The translations under genes and the position numbers were made by a program. From NCBI RefSeq assembly GCF_009914755.1, contig NC_060936.1: a stretch of 64,000 nt of DNA. The stretch is one strand, 5' to 3'. The notes below the pieces were generated by a model. That model was not told the DNA's origin and searched no databases. It saw nothing but the letters and a program-made list of their open reading frames with translations. This DNA is from the human T2T-CHM13v2.0 reference genome, Homo sapiens. Positions 13,810-33,060 of the stretch are shown piece after piece (the first letter of the stretch is position 1; the number at the start of each line of letters is the position of its first letter).

Positions 13810-14745
13810 GAAAATCACTTTATTGAGATATTACTGACATACAAAAACCTGGACATTCTTGATGTACACAACTTGATGAGTTTGAAGATAAGTACAATCC
13901 ATGAAACCAACACCACAATCAGTGTCATAAACATACTCATCATCTTCAAAAGTTTTCTCCCCCCTCTTTTTTGTGATAAGAACGCTTAACATAAGATCTC
14001 CTGTCTTTGCAATGTTTAAGCATATATTATGTTATTGTTTAGGCACTAAATCTCTAGAATGTTTTCATCTTTCATAACCAAAACTTTGTACCCTGCAAAC
14101 AATACCTTCCCATTTTCTCATCCTTCCAACCCTTAACAACCACCATTCCACTCTATTTATATTCCTCATATAAGTGGGATCATATAGTATCTGTTCTTCT
14201 GTGTCTAGCTTATCTCACTTAGCATGATATCCTCTAGGTTCATCCATGTTGTCGCAAGTTACAAGATTTCCTTCTTGTTGAGGGCTGAGTAATATTTCAG
14301 TGTATGTATATACCACATTTTCTTTATCCATTCATCCATTGATGGATGTTTATGTTGCTTCCATGTCTTGGCTATTGTGAATAATGCTGCAGTGAACATG
14401 AGAGTGAAGAGATCTCTTTAAGATCCTAATTTCAATTTTTTTGGATATATAACCAGAAGTAGGATTAATGGATCATATGGTAGTTTTATTTTTAATTTTT
14501 GAAGGACCTCCATACTTTTTTCTACAGCAGTTATACCAATTTACATTCTCACCAACAGTGTACAGTTGTTCCCTTTTCTCCACATCCTTGCCAATACTTG
14601 TTGCCTTTTGTTTCATGCTTTTTATAATAACCATCGTAATAGTTGTGAGGACGTATCCCATTGTGGTTTTGATTTGCCTTTCCCTGGTGTTTAGTGATGT
14701 TGAGCACCTTTTTATACACCTATTGGCCACTTGTATTCTTTCAAA
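13810..14745 (-). mobile_element. Old L1 (L1MA/MB-like) 3' fragment
   Basis: Minus-strand ORF 14473-14862 resembles the L1 ORF2 C-terminus (IKTTMGYVLT...[22 protein letters not shown]), followed by L1M-like 3' UTR. Confidence 0.85.
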
Positions 14746-15666
14746 ATTAGTTCCTGAAGGGATATTTGGTCCTGCCCTTGGACTCTCCTTCTGCCCACCT
14801 TCGTGAAGAAGTGTCCCTGCCAGTATTCTCAACCATTCAAAAAAAGTCAACTCTATCCCCAACTTGACTGTTCGTAAAGTATGTGACTGTGCTATTAATC
14901 AGCTGTATTTCAAGGATGGGTTTGAGAGGACAACCTTGAATTCATCATCATGTTATTCTTAACAGCAGCCCAGTTGAAAGAAATGGAAAGAAACAACATT
15001 TATGAAGGATTGTCTCTAGATACACTAAGTCTAATCCTAGAATAAGCCATGCCTGCAGAGATCCCTTTAAATAGACAATAGTGTTTAACCTCCATAGAAT
15101 TGTTATTCCAGAACTATATCTCAGCTGGCACTAGAAACTCTTCTAAGGAACTCATCATTTTATCTCCTACAAGGATATTGTGGGAAATGTTCCTTGCTGC
15201 ATTATACTGCCTTTGCCACAGGCATTTCTACATCTGCAATATCTCCAATAAATATGCTAAGCCTGAGCAATGGGTTTGCTTTAAATCCACACATACTGTG
15301 CATTTTGTAACTCATGATCTCTCCCTTCCTGCATTGACTGCTAGGATACTCAGTGATAAGTTTTAGGTATACTTCTAGCATGTGCCTAAGCCTTAATATT
15401 TATTTCATCTACTAACTTCACTTCTGATATCACTTTAGATATTTCCCCCGTATGTTCATTGTTCTCTGATTTTTTCATCCAGTTCTTACAATTAAAAATA
15501 ATCATAATTAAGTTTTATGCTACCTAGAAAGCCAAATGTGTTCCATCTAGATATTTTTAACTGTAGATAAATATTAAGACCTAAATTGAAAGCTAAGGCA
15601 ATTCTACCACCTAGAGTAACTGCATTGCTCTTATCGTGGGTTAATGTCCTCTCTTTACCCTCCAAG

Positions 15667-15782
15667 GTACACCTTTGAGGTCAGAACATACTCTCTGTCT
15701 CTCCCCGGATGCCGCCATATTTGTAGGAAGGACTATCTCCAACCTCGGTGTTGTCCTGGCCGCTGGGGCCCAGACTGTATAG
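15667..15782 (+). CDS. STAB2: Stabilin-2 coding exon 3 ([38 protein letters not shown])
   Basis: ccctccaag| acceptor, 116 nt, phase 2 to 1, donor TAG|GTAAGT. Confidence 0.96.
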
Positions 15783-17078
15783 GTAAGTGGCACAATGCTT
15801 GGACTTTGAGACTTGCTTCTTGGTATCTCATTTGGTAGAAAATTGAGATGAAGGAAGCCCAATAAAAAGAAGAATGTTAACATCCGTTTGTAGAAATTTC
15901 TGTGTTAGTCTATATGTAGAAAATCTTTCTTGCCCTGTTAGCTTTCACAAAGCAATCTGCTTTACTGCTGATAGAGATCTCTCTTTAAAAGAATTCCCTT
16001 ATAAGCCAGAAAAAGGGACAATTGAAAGGATACCCATTTTTATTTTAAAAGATATTTGCAAAAGAAAGGAAGTCAAAACCTGGGCTATTAGGACCCCCAA
16101 ATACAATTTTCTTTAAGAAGAAATTTTGTTACAATGTCTCAAAGACTGTAGTTATTGTTTGGCAACCAAAATAATAATTAAATATTCTAAAAATTTGTCT
16201 TAGGATGGAATATCAAACTTTCAAGTGGTAGATTTAAGACACATCAGGGTAAAGAAACTGTGTAAAGTTAATTGTGTAGAGATGCAAATACACATATACA
16301 TAAAAATTAATTCTGACCAGGTTTTACTGTAAGCAAAACTACTAGCAAAGTCTGAATCAATGGTATAGTTAGATTTCTGCAATCAAGCATAGCATTTGAT
16401 AGCTGAAATTGAACTTTTATCCTTAGTATAGATACTAACACTCAAATAGTGACTGAGTCATTTCTACCTGTGGAAATTATGTAAAGTCTTCTTTTTTTGG
16501 TAGGAAAAAATCAGGTATTTTAATTTATGAATTTGCAATTCATTCCCCATCTTCTTAGATGTAATGAAAACATCTCCTTAGGATCCACATAAAAGGAGAG
16601 ATTGGTTCTCTTTTGCTTTGTTTTTTTTTCTGATTAAAGTAATACAAGCAAATTATATACACTTGTAAAGTTTACAAAGGTATAAAGAAAGAAAAAATAT
16701 CAATTTGTATTCTGTCGCATATAGGAAACCTTAAATATTTTGGCATGTTTCAGTCTTGGGTTTTTTTCCATATAACTTGTAAATAGTTGAATCCATACTG
16801 TATGTATAATGTCTTTTGGGTTTTTTGTTTGTTTATTTGTGTTTTTAACTAACGATTAAATGAATAAATGCTTGTATTTACTCAATATTGCTGACATTAG
16901 GTACCAGAGAGGTACTCAGCTTATATTACCAGATGTAATTTTTAAAACAAATCTTTGAGTTAGACATTTTTATCCCCATTTTGCCTATGAGAAATCAGAT
17001 TTTAAAATTATATTTTGCCAGTTTCCTTTGGACTGGTAAGTGATAAAGCAAATTCAAGTTCAAAGTTGCCTGGCACCA

Positions 17079-17356
17079 AAGCCTACCTCTTTCTGCTCTG
17101 TCCTACTGTCCAGAGCAAACCTGTTCAAAAAGCAGGGCCTCAAAATGTGTTGGTAATGTCTTTTTTGATTGGCAGGTCCTTTCTGCCTTCCCAGGAAATG
17201 CCTGGATTAGACTCCTTGCCCTGGAAAGGTCAAGGTTTGGGGTTCAAGAGATCCTGCCGCTTCTGTCTACTAGCTGCTCTATGCTCAGTTTTACCTCAGC
17301 ATGTTGGCACAGCATGTTTCTAAGAGTTTAGCAAATAAGAATCAGGTGTCTTTTAA
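17079..17356 (+). repeat. 278-bp dispersed direct duplication, copy 2 (intron 3)
   Basis: About 97% identical to 10591-10868. Confidence 0.93.
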
Positions 17357-18028
17357 AGCAATTAACTCTGTTAATCAAATTCAGTGTCTTTTAAAGCAAT
17401 TAACTCCGACTTCCAGATTTTAAGAACATTTTTTGTGCCAAATGTGGTCATGATCATGTCTAGTTCTCATAGACATTTTGATACAATAGAAAGAACTTTT
17501 AGATTTGCTTTTCTCTTTCTAACCCACAAAAACAAATCTGATGCTAAGTTACTAATCAGAAACATTGAAGACAAGGAACGGCTTTGTCAAAGATGCAGTA
17601 CAAAAGTCAGCATGTCCGACATATGAATGTCAGAAAACAGCCAGGAGGGCAAAAGAACACTGGGCCAGCAGCTAGAACTTCATCCCACCATTTACTGGTT
17701 GGGGCAAGTGACTTTCTGCCTACTCCTTATTCTCCTCATCTGTCAAATGGGGGCTAAAAGTCCTACTTTACAAAACTGTAGTTGAGATTTTAAAACACTA
17801 ACCTAGGTGATAAGACTTGGCAAAGTCTATGACAAAAAGAAGGAATTTTGTAAGTGTTTAATGAATAAATGAATGGGTGACTCAAAGTCAAAATAGACCT
17901 CTGATAATGAAAGATGAATAAAATGACACTCCTCTGAACCCTTTTTTAACAGTGGGTAACTCTTAAAGCATGAGCAGGCAAAAAGGATTCAAGATCTTTT
18001 AGCAGGTTTATGCCATCACACTGTGCTA

Positions 18029-18287
<259 letters not shown>

Positions 18288-19456
18288 TCAAACAGGCCTC
18301 AAAGCCAGGGAAGCAAAACATGAAAACTGAGGCCTGGACATTATTCCTACTGTCCTTTCACTGGGGCAAAACGGTACTCCTCTTTATCTTCATCTTCCAA
18401 ACACACTAGATGTCTCGAAAGGCTTCCTTCCTTTGGCTAGGGAAAAAGATAAAACCTCTACTTGGCAGTATATTTTACCTCTCACATTTTGTGGTGATGA
18501 CAAGCAAAACCTTGACTATCACTTTACATTTCCGTAAGGATAAGGCCATTTCAGAGCTGCTGACGTGGGTCTATCCTTCTTTCTGAGGAAGCACATTCCC
18601 AAGCTCCAGAATGGCCTTGTTTCCAAAGCAAATGGAAGATCCACTTCCTTTTTAATGCATTGACAAATACATTCATATGTAACACTTCTGGGTTATTTCA
18701 AAAATTAATATATCTCACTCAAATTGGGAAATCACCCTATGGTCAACGCTGAAAACTTGGAGAAGGTAAAGAAGCGCAATGAAAAAAATTACTATCATCT
18801 TCTAAAATTAAGAATAAAGCATGAATTCTCACTTGGGGAAAAAAATAATATTATCTTGACATAAGGAAGGTATTTCTACCTGAATGTAACCTGCTTCTCC
18901 CTAATTAAAATTTATACTACTTTATCAAATGTGCACATGGAGATCTTTCCTCATTAGCACAAAAATACATTTCTACTTTGAAACTTAATCATGTCTGAAC
19001 AGCCTATATTCTATTTGGGATGAAATCGATTTTTTAATTTGAACATCTTACTTTTTTTTTTATTCTGCCATGAAAGTTAATGGATTTGTGTAACAACTCA
19101 AAGTAATGGAAAATGAACATGTGCAAAGGAGTTACACCCAAACTCAGTTGTAGACAAAACAATCTGATTATTTCAAAAAGAAATAGTCTTGATTTTTCTT
19201 TTTTAGGTCAATGTCATCAAATTATCTAAATTTATTTTTTATATCATGTTATTTGCATTTCCAGGCCTCTTTTTCTTTCTCACTGCATTTTTCTTGCCAT
19301 TCACTACCCAGGTTACAAATAATAGACCACAAGGATTTGAAACCATCCTTTTAGGCATTTCCTTTTTTGCTCTGAGTGACAAATAATGCGGAGTTCACTT
19401 AAAGAACATATTTCACTTCAGTTTCCCAGGCAGACAAATCCAACAAGAGCTATAAA

Positions 19457-19683
19457 TGGAATATTGGGACATATTTTCTGCCTAGCACTGTTCACCAAGC
19501 TTTTAAACAAAGGTGGTGACATGGAATAGGCACCTCTAGAGTTTCTTAGGAGATAAAGTTACAGAGAAGTCCCTGGTCTCTTGTGGGGCAGGAAGTGTAT
19601 TATCTTCCTTTAAAGAAATAGACCAGCTGATTTGCTGACAGCTTATAATGGTAAAGCCTCCTGCATTAGGAAAGTCAGGATGC
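19457..19683 (+). repeat. 227-bp near-identical duplication, copy A
   Basis: 2 mismatches versus 20378-20604; explains the shared peptide in track ORFs 19536-19769 and 20457-20756. Confidence 0.95.
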
Positions 19684-20377
19684 AAGAGACCACCAGAGTA
19701 GTGGTGACCCAAGGAAATGTGATAATGACCTAGAATAGTCTTATCAGCTTCTTGAGCATCACAATGCATTGGAAACCTGCCCTTACAGCAAATTATATAA
19801 TATGTCTTTCAAGCATCATTGCTAAGAATGTCAATTTTACCATAGTTTTCTCTAATGGGGGCCTGAGATGATAGAAGATGATATGAAAAGCAGGAAATAA
19901 ATTACACTTTTTCGTTAAAAATTTTGTTTAAAAACCAAATGAGCTGTTTTCATAAATTGTTAAAACAATCTATCCAGGCCATAAAATGAGGATTCCTCAT
20001 ACCCCCACATTCCTGCTACCTTTTCTCCCAAGTTCCTTCCAGCGTTGGCCAGCTCATAAAAAATCAAGCATTTATTAAGCACCTACTATATGCTGCGTAC
20101 AATCAGATATATGATAGACCCCATTCCCAATCACATGTATGATAAGTCCCTATCCCCAAGGAGCTCACAGACTAATGAGGGAAATTGACATGGGAGCAGA
20201 GGAGTAAAAACAATTGTACCTGTGAGCCCAGGTGAGGACACTGGGACTTTGAGGAGTTTTGCAGCCTGCCCAAAGAGAACCAGCTAACAAGTGTGGAGCC
20301 ACACACCAGGAAACAGGGACTGTCTCACTGCAGACCCCAGTTCTAGCTCATTACTCTCTCCTGCTTTCCAAAATACC

Positions 20378-20604
20378 TGGAATATTGGGACATATTTTCT
20401 GCCTAGCACTGTGCACCAAGCTTTTAAACAAAGGTGGTGACATGGAATAGGCACCTCTAGAGTTTCTTAGGAGATAAAGTTACAGAGAAGTCCCTGGTCT
20501 CTTGTGGGGCAGGAAGTGTATTATCTTCCTTTAAAGAAACAGACCAGCTGATTTGCTGACAGCTTATAATGGTAAAGCCTCCTGCATTAGGAAAGTCAGG
20601 ATGC
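20378..20604 (+). repeat. 227-bp near-identical duplication, copy B
   Basis: Offset of 921 bp from copy A, same orientation. Confidence 0.95.
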
Positions 20605-20799
20605 CCAAAGCCCACCCCTGGAATTCTTGCTTCCACCATTAGCTGGGTGCCTGCTCTGCCTGGGGTTGGTTCCATGACACCTGAGCTCCCTTCTGAGAGG
20701 CAGCATGGTTTTACAGTAAGATTGCAGACTCCAGAGTCAGATTTCCTGGCTTCCATTCCCAGCTTTATTCTATTTCAGTTCTGAGACTTACTCCCTCTG

Positions 20800-20972
20800 C
20801 AGGGTTGCCAGATTTAGCAAATAATAATACAGGGCACCCAGTTCTATTTGAATTTCAGATAACTAACTAATCTGCAAACAATATTAGGGATGTACTTATG
20901 CTAAAACAATATTCATTGCCTATCTGAAATTTAAATCTAACTGGGTATCCTGTATTTTACCTGGTAACCCTA
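20800..20972. mobile_element. hAT MITE, MER53-like
   Basis: Terminal inverted repeats cagggttgccag...ctggtaaccct with an internally palindromic body. Confidence 0.75.
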
Positions 20973-21628
20973 TTCTTTGGTACTATCTTCCTCATGATGC
21001 TAACACACCCACCTTCCAAAGACTGCACTGAGGTGAGCTAGTATGTGGAAAGCACTTAAGATGTGCCTGGTGGATGGTAAGCCTCCAGAACATGTTGGTT
21101 AGCATTTCTGTCTTTTGTGTTTCTCAGATCACCAGTGGGCCTCTTTATTTCAGGGAGTGTTTACTGACTTGATTTTATATTCTAAAGTGCTGACCTGTTA
21201 TACTCTGCCTTCAGGCTTAAGGACTCAAATTCTTAAGTTAGGCCTGATTGCAATGCCAGTTCCAACTCTTAACGACCATGTAATCTTGGGCAAATTACCT
21301 CGCTTCAGTATTCTTACCTATAATCTGAGTGATGAAGATAATAATACCTTCCTCATTTAGATGTGAAAATGAGAACCTACATGAAAAGTGGTTGGCAATA
21401 GTACATGCTCAATAAATTCTCTCATTAAGCTGATAACTAATTTCCTACATAGTTTCAGCACTTTGGTAAGGACATTTCTGTACATCTCATTTCTTTGTGT
21501 AGCTTATGGTCCCATATGTGTATTGTTTTTCTCATGATTGTCTGCCTTTCTATGGGTGGACCCAATGGGTCACACTGATGTCTCAGGCCACAGCAAAGGC
21601 CTGTGCTTGAGGAGTGTAAAGAAGGTGA

Positions 21629-21908
21629 TCTCTTAGTCAGCTACAGTTTGCTACAACAAAATACTATAGACTGAGTGGCTGAAACAACAGATGTTTGTTG
21701 AATGAGAGAAAGAGAGACAGAGGGCACTCTAGTGCTCCGGTTTTCCTTATTTTTATAAGGATACTGATCCCATCACAGAGACTCCACCCTGATGGTTTCA
21801 TCTGAACCTAAACACCTCCCAAAGGCCCCACCTGCAAACACTATCTCATTGGAGGTCAGGGGCTTCAACATATGAATTTAGGGAGACACAAACATTCAGG
21901 CCATAACA
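21629..21908 (-). mobile_element. MaLR LTR fragment (MLT1A-like)
   Basis: cttagtc...acaaaatactatagactgagtggctgaaacaacag...acacaaacattcaggccataaca. Confidence 0.7.
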
Positions 21909-22580
21909 ATAAGTATTCACCTTGGCCTTTCGTCCATTGGGTCACAAGCCACTAGGCAAGAGGGCTGGGCCAGGGTGAAGCACCTCCTGTAGAGAAAACC
22001 TCACATCCATTGCAGAATATTTGATGTTGTGGCTCAAGAAAGCCCCCAGGAGATAGCATATCCAGCCAGCATATGCCTTCACCCTTTGCACAGCTACAGG
22101 CAGACACCTGAAGAACTGTGGAACTCCTGACCACAGCAAGAGACAGGCACATTCCTTCCTGTCCTGGCTAAATTTTATTTCACTTTCTTGTGAAAATATG
22201 AAGAGAAATTATTGCCAGCTTTGAAGATAATAGTAAGCATTCAACAAATGTTGAATGAATCAATTAAATGAATGTAAAATCTATGCAAAATATTATAAGT
22301 AGTCCATACAGAGAAACAAAATTACAAGCCAGAGCTGAATGGGAATCCTTATCTCTGAGCCTAGTGGCTGTGACCTTGTTACCAAACCTTGCTAGGCTTC
22401 AGTTTCCTCTTAGATAACAACTTCATAAGGCTATTGTGAGGATTAAATACTGAGATAGTGCACGTAATGTGCTTGGCATGCTACCCAGGGTCTACATTGC
22501 TAAAATAACAGCAACAACAATAAAGCAAGGGCAGCACAAAAGAGGAAAAAAAAAAGGGGGAGTCAAGAAACCTTTAAAGG

Positions 22581-22876
22581 GGCTGGGCGAGGTGGCTTGC
22601 GCCAGTAATCCCAGCACTTTGGGAGGCCAAGGAGGGCAGATATCTTGAGGTCAGGAGTTTGAGATCAGCCTGGCCAACATGGTAAAATTTCAGATCTACA
22701 AAAAATACAAAAATTAGCAGGGCATGGTCGTGGGTGCCTGTAATCCAAGCTACTCGGGAGGCTGAGGCACAAGAATTGCTTAAACCCGGGAGGCGGAAGT
22801 TGCAGTGACCCAAGATCGCGTCAATGCACTCCAGCCTGAGTGACAGAGCGAGACTCCATGTCAAAAAGAAAAGAAA
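22581..22876 (+). mobile_element. Alu (S-type)
   Basis: Dimeric Alu; TSD aagaaacc(t/c)ttaaag. Confidence 0.95.
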
Positions 22877-24195
22877 AAGAAACCCTTAAAGACCAAGCTC
22901 TGGCTTCTGGAATGTGCTCAGCAATGCTTTGCTAGATGGCTATTTGAACCTGAAGAAATGCCTCCTGAACATTTATTTTCTTGCAACTATATTAAAACAT
23001 TCAAATTGAAAGATTTCTCGATTGAAAGTAGGAAGTTATATAACTTACCTTGTGTTTAAAAATAGACATTTATGAATCTAGTGTCTGAATTTGTTTTCCT
23101 TTCCAGTGAGAATAAACTATAGAAAAGGATGTTTCTAAGGTCTAAATAGAAGTGGAATTTAATCAATCATTTTTTGGATATTAATTGCCTTTTCCACACC
23201 AGTCTTTGAGACACATGATCAGTGCTAATAGATTTTTTAAAATTTATTATCATGATTTGCATACAGTAAAACTCAACCTTTTAAGTATACAGCTATTCAA
23301 GCTTTGACAAACCTGAAGAGTTGTGTGGCAACCGCCACAATTAAGATAGGGAACAGTTGCATATCCCCCCAAATTCTGTGTTGTCAAGCCCTCCTTCAAC
23401 TCCCAATCCCTGGAAAATACTAACCTGTTTTCTGTGTCTATAATTTTGCCTTTATGTCATATAATTGGAATCATACAGTATGTAACCAGTATGTACCTTT
23501 TTAAGTCTTGTTTCTTTCCCTTGGCATAATGAATCCGAGATGCATCCATGTCATTACCTGTATCAGTAGTTTCTTTCCTTTATAATCCTTTGCAGTACTC
23601 CATTCTGTGGCTAGACACAGTTTGTTTAGCTATTCACTAACTGAAAGACATCTGGGTTTGTTTCCAGTTTGGGGCAATTAAGAATAAAGCCACCACGGAC
23701 AATCACACACAGGTTTTGGGGTGAATGTAAGTTTTCACTTCATTTTGGTAAATACCTGGGAGCGGGTGTCCTGGATTGTAGAGTAAAAATATGTTCAACT
23801 TTATTAGAAACTGCCAAACTGTTTTCCAAAGTATCTATATTATTTTTCATTTCTATCAACAATGTATGAGGAGTCCAGTTGTTTGGCATCCTTGCTAGCA
23901 ATTGCTATAATCAGATTTTTTATAGCCACTCTAATGGATGTGTAGTGGACTTGCATTTTAACCCATTTTAATTTGCATTTTTTCATGCGCTTATTTGCTA
24001 TTTATATATTTTTTGGGTTGTTTGTTTTCTTATTATTGAGTTTTGAGAGTTCTTTAAATATTTAAGGTATTAGATGTGTGCTTTGTAAATACTTCTTCCC
24101 AGTCTGTGTCTTGTCTTTCCAGTCTCGTAACATTGCCTTTTGAAGAGAAAACATTCTTAATTTTGATGAGGTTCAAATGTATCATGCTTTTATAG

Positions 24196-24639
<444 letters not shown>

Positions 24640-27600
24640 TATTCCAAGTTAATTCTTGTATATTGTTTGAAGTATGGATCAAGATTCATTTCTTTGCATA
24701 TAGATAATTTCAAAAACTCCAGCAACATTTCTTGAAAAGATGATCCTCTCCTCATAAAATTGCCTTTGGACCATCGTAGAAAATTAATTGATTGTCTATG
24801 TACAGGTCTATTTCTGGACCCTCTATTCTGTTCCACTGATGTATATGTCTATCCTTCCATGAATACCACACTGTCTTGATTACTATGGTGTTACAGTAAG
24901 CCTTAAAATGAAGTAGTGTAAGTCCTCCAACTTGACCTTTTTCAAAATTATTTTGCTTATTCTAGTACCTTTGCTTTTCCATTCAAGTTTAGGATCAATT
25001 TGTCAATTTCTAACAACAAAATAAGTCCTCCTAAGATTTTAATTCGAATTCCATTAAATCAATAGATGCATTTAGGGAGAACTGACATCTAAAAATATTG
25101 CTTCCTCCTGTGCATAACGACCCCGTAGCTCTCCATTTACTTAGGACTTCTTTTATTTTGTTTATCACTGTTGTATAAATTTCAGCTTACAAATTTTGCA
25201 GAATTCTTATCAGATTCACACCTAAGTTCTTCATGGCTTTTGGTTCTACTTCTAACAGTTTTTTGAAATTTCAATCCCTAATTGTTCATTGCTAGTTTAT
25301 GGAAATAGAATTGATTTTGTATATTGACCTCATATCCTGAGAAATTACTAAATTGATGTGTTCTAATAACTTTCTGGAGATACTTTGGAATTTTCTCCAT
25401 AGACAATAATGTTGTCTGTGAATAGACAACTTTATTTATTTATTTCTAATCTGCATTCATTTTATGTCATTTTTTAACCTTACTGCTCTTACCATGATGT
25501 ATTTATCAGTTTTGTATATTGCTAGGTTCAGTTGGCTATAATGTTGTTTAAAAATTTTGTGTCTGTACTCATTGGGGATGTTGGTGTATAGTTTTCTTTT
25601 CTTGTTATGTATTTGGTTTTGGAATCGGGATAATAATGCTCCCTATATTGAGTAAACTGAGATATATTCCCTCTTCGATTACCTGGAAGAGTTTTTGTAA
25701 AACTGATATAACTTCTTCCTTACATGTGAGATAGTATTCACCAACAAAGCCATTTGGCATGGAATTTTCTTTGTGTAAAGGATTTTAACCTTAAATTCAA
25801 TTTCTTGGATATAAGAACATTCAGGTTATCTATTTCCTTTGAGTGAGCTTTCCTAGTTTTTTACTTTCAATACATTTGTCCATTTTATCTACATTCTCAA
25901 ATTTATTGGCATAAACTTGTTCATAATATTCATTTATTATCCCTTTAATGTCTACAAGATTTGTAGTGATGTCCCCTCTCTCATTTCTGTGATTGGTAAT
26001 TTTCATCTTCTCTTTTTTTTCTTATTAGTCTGGCTATAAGTTCATCCATTTCATTCACCAGCTTTTGGTTTCATTTATTTACTCTATTGCTTTTCTAATT
26101 TTTATTTCATTAGCCACTGCACTTTATACCTCCTATCTTCTGCTTGCTTGGGTTTCATGTGCTATTATTTTTCTAACTTCTTTACCTTAAGTTGTAAGTT
26201 TGAGTCATTATTTAAAAACTTTCTTCTTTTCTCATATAGTATTTATTTAGTGCAATAAATTTCCTTGTAAGCACTGCTTTAAGTGCATCTCATAAATGTT
26301 GAAATGTTGTGTTTCAATTTTATTCAGTTCAAAGTAATTTTTAATTTCCATCTTGATTTATTCTTTGAAATCGGTTACTTTTATGTATAATATTTTACTT
26401 CCAAATAGAATAATTTTTCACATATATTCCTGCTATTGTTTCCAAATATGTTTCTTTTATTCAGTGAATGCAAATTAAGATATCAAATTTGTGAGGTTAA
26501 GCTAATACCATGCTTAGAAGGAAATTTATCATTTAATTCTATTGTGGTCAGAACACATACATTATTTGAATCCATTTAAATTTATTGACTTGTTTTATGA
26601 CCTACAATATCTCCTGTCTTTGCAACTGTTTCATGTGCTCTTGAAAAATAGGTGTATTCTGCCACCTTTAGATGCCGTATTCTGTAAATGTCAGTTAGGT
26701 CAAATTGATTAATAATGCCATTCAAGTCTTTTCTATACTTAATAATTGTTTATTTTTATTTTTATAAGAAATATGATTCAATATCCTTAATAATTTTAAG
26801 ACTACTTGTTCTATTGATTATTGAGAGAGAGGTACTGAAATCTCTACTCTAACTGTATATTTACCTATTTCTCCTTGCAGTTCAATGAGTTTTTGTTTCA
26901 TGTACTTTGAAAATCTCTTATTAGGTCAATACATATTTATGATTTATGTTCTGTTGATGAATTGATTCCATTAACATTATGAAATGAACTTCTTTATACC
27001 TGGTAAAAATATGTTAATTTGAAATCTACTTCATCTAATATTAATATGAGCTACTTCAGCTTTCTTTTGACTAATGTTAGTGTGCTTTTTTCTCTCCTTT
27101 ACCTTTAACATAATTGTATATTTAAAATATACAATTTTGTAGGCAGCATATAGTTAGGGTCTCTTGTAGGCAACATATAGTTAGTTATTGCCCTTTCAAC
27201 TAATATGACAGCCCATGTCTTTTAATTAAGGTTGTTTAAACCATTTATATTTAATGCGTTAGGTTTACATCCATCATCTTGCTATTTATTTTGTTTGTTC
27301 TATCTGTTCTTTGTTCCTTTTGCCCTCTTTGTTTGCCTTCTTTTGTATTAATTAATTCTTTTTTAGGATCCTCTTTTGTCTCCTTTGTTGGCTTATTAGC
27401 TACACCCTTTGTTTTTGGCAATTTTTTAAATGTTTGCTTTAAGGTTTATGGAATAAATCTTTAACTTAATACAGTCTACATTTAACTGATATTACACCAC
27501 TCTATGCACAAGAATCTTATAACAATATACTTCTATTTCTACACTCCTATCCTTGGTGCTATTATTGTTATGTATATTACTTCTATATATATTAGAAGCC

Positions 27601-27973
27601 CCACATTATATTGTTACCAATTTTTCCTTAAACAATGAACCATACTTTAAATGATTTAAAATATTGGAAAAATATATTTTACATTTAACCACATAATGAC
27701 GATGTCCAGCATTCTTCATTCTTTTATGTGGATACAGATTTGTATCTGGTATTTTTTTTCTTCCTGACCAATTTTCTTTAACACTTCTTGTAGTGCAGGA
27801 TATCTAGTGATGAATTCTTCTACCTTTCGTATGTCTGAAAAAGTCCTTATCTTGCCTTTGTTTTTGAAAGATATTGTTGTATATAGAATTTTAAGTTGAC
27901 AATTTTTTTGGTTTTGGTAATTTAAAGATGTTTCCCTGTCTTTTCAGTTATATTGTTTCTAACAAGATCTGCT

Positions 27974-28302
<329 letters not shown>

Positions 28303-28873
28303 TCATTGTTATCTTTGTTCCTCTCAGCATAATAAATCCTTTTTCCCTTTGGCTGCTTTTAATTTACTTTTTATCACTGGTTCTAAGGAATTTTATTATA
28401 GTGTGTAGTTTTCTTCATACTATTTGTGCTAGGTATTCTTTGAGCTCTTGGATCTATGGGTTTATACTTTTCATCAAATTTGGAAATTTTGGCCACATTT
28501 TTTTTTCAAATACATTTTCTCCCTTCCTCCTTTTCAGAGACTCCAGTTATACATATATTAAAATGTTTGAAGTTGTCCCACAACTCACTGATGGTCTGCT
28601 CATTATCTTTCAGTCTTTTTTCTCTCCATGCTTCATTTTGGTTTTTTGTTCTTTTTTCTGTTTTTTTTTATTATACTTTAAGTTTTAGGGTACATGTGCG
28701 CAACGTGCAGGTTTGTTACATATGTATACGTGTGCCATGTTGGTGTGTTGCACCCATTAACTCGTCATTTACATTAGGTATATCTCCTAATGCTATCCCT
28801 CCCTCCTCCCCCCACCCCACAACAGGCCCCAGTGTGTGATGTTCCCCTTCCTGTGTCCAAGTGTTCTCATTGT

Positions 28874-32997
<4,124 letters not shown>

Positions 32998-33060
32998 TAT
33001 GATGTTAGCTGGTTATTTTGCTCGTTAGTTGATGCAGTTTCTTCCTAGCCTCGATGGTCT

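Noticed and set aside
19536-20756. Two ORFs sharing an identical 47-aa C-terminus, suggesting a small paralogous gene pair
   Set aside because: Explained by the 227-bp DNA duplication; N-termini are unrelated and there is no coding evidence
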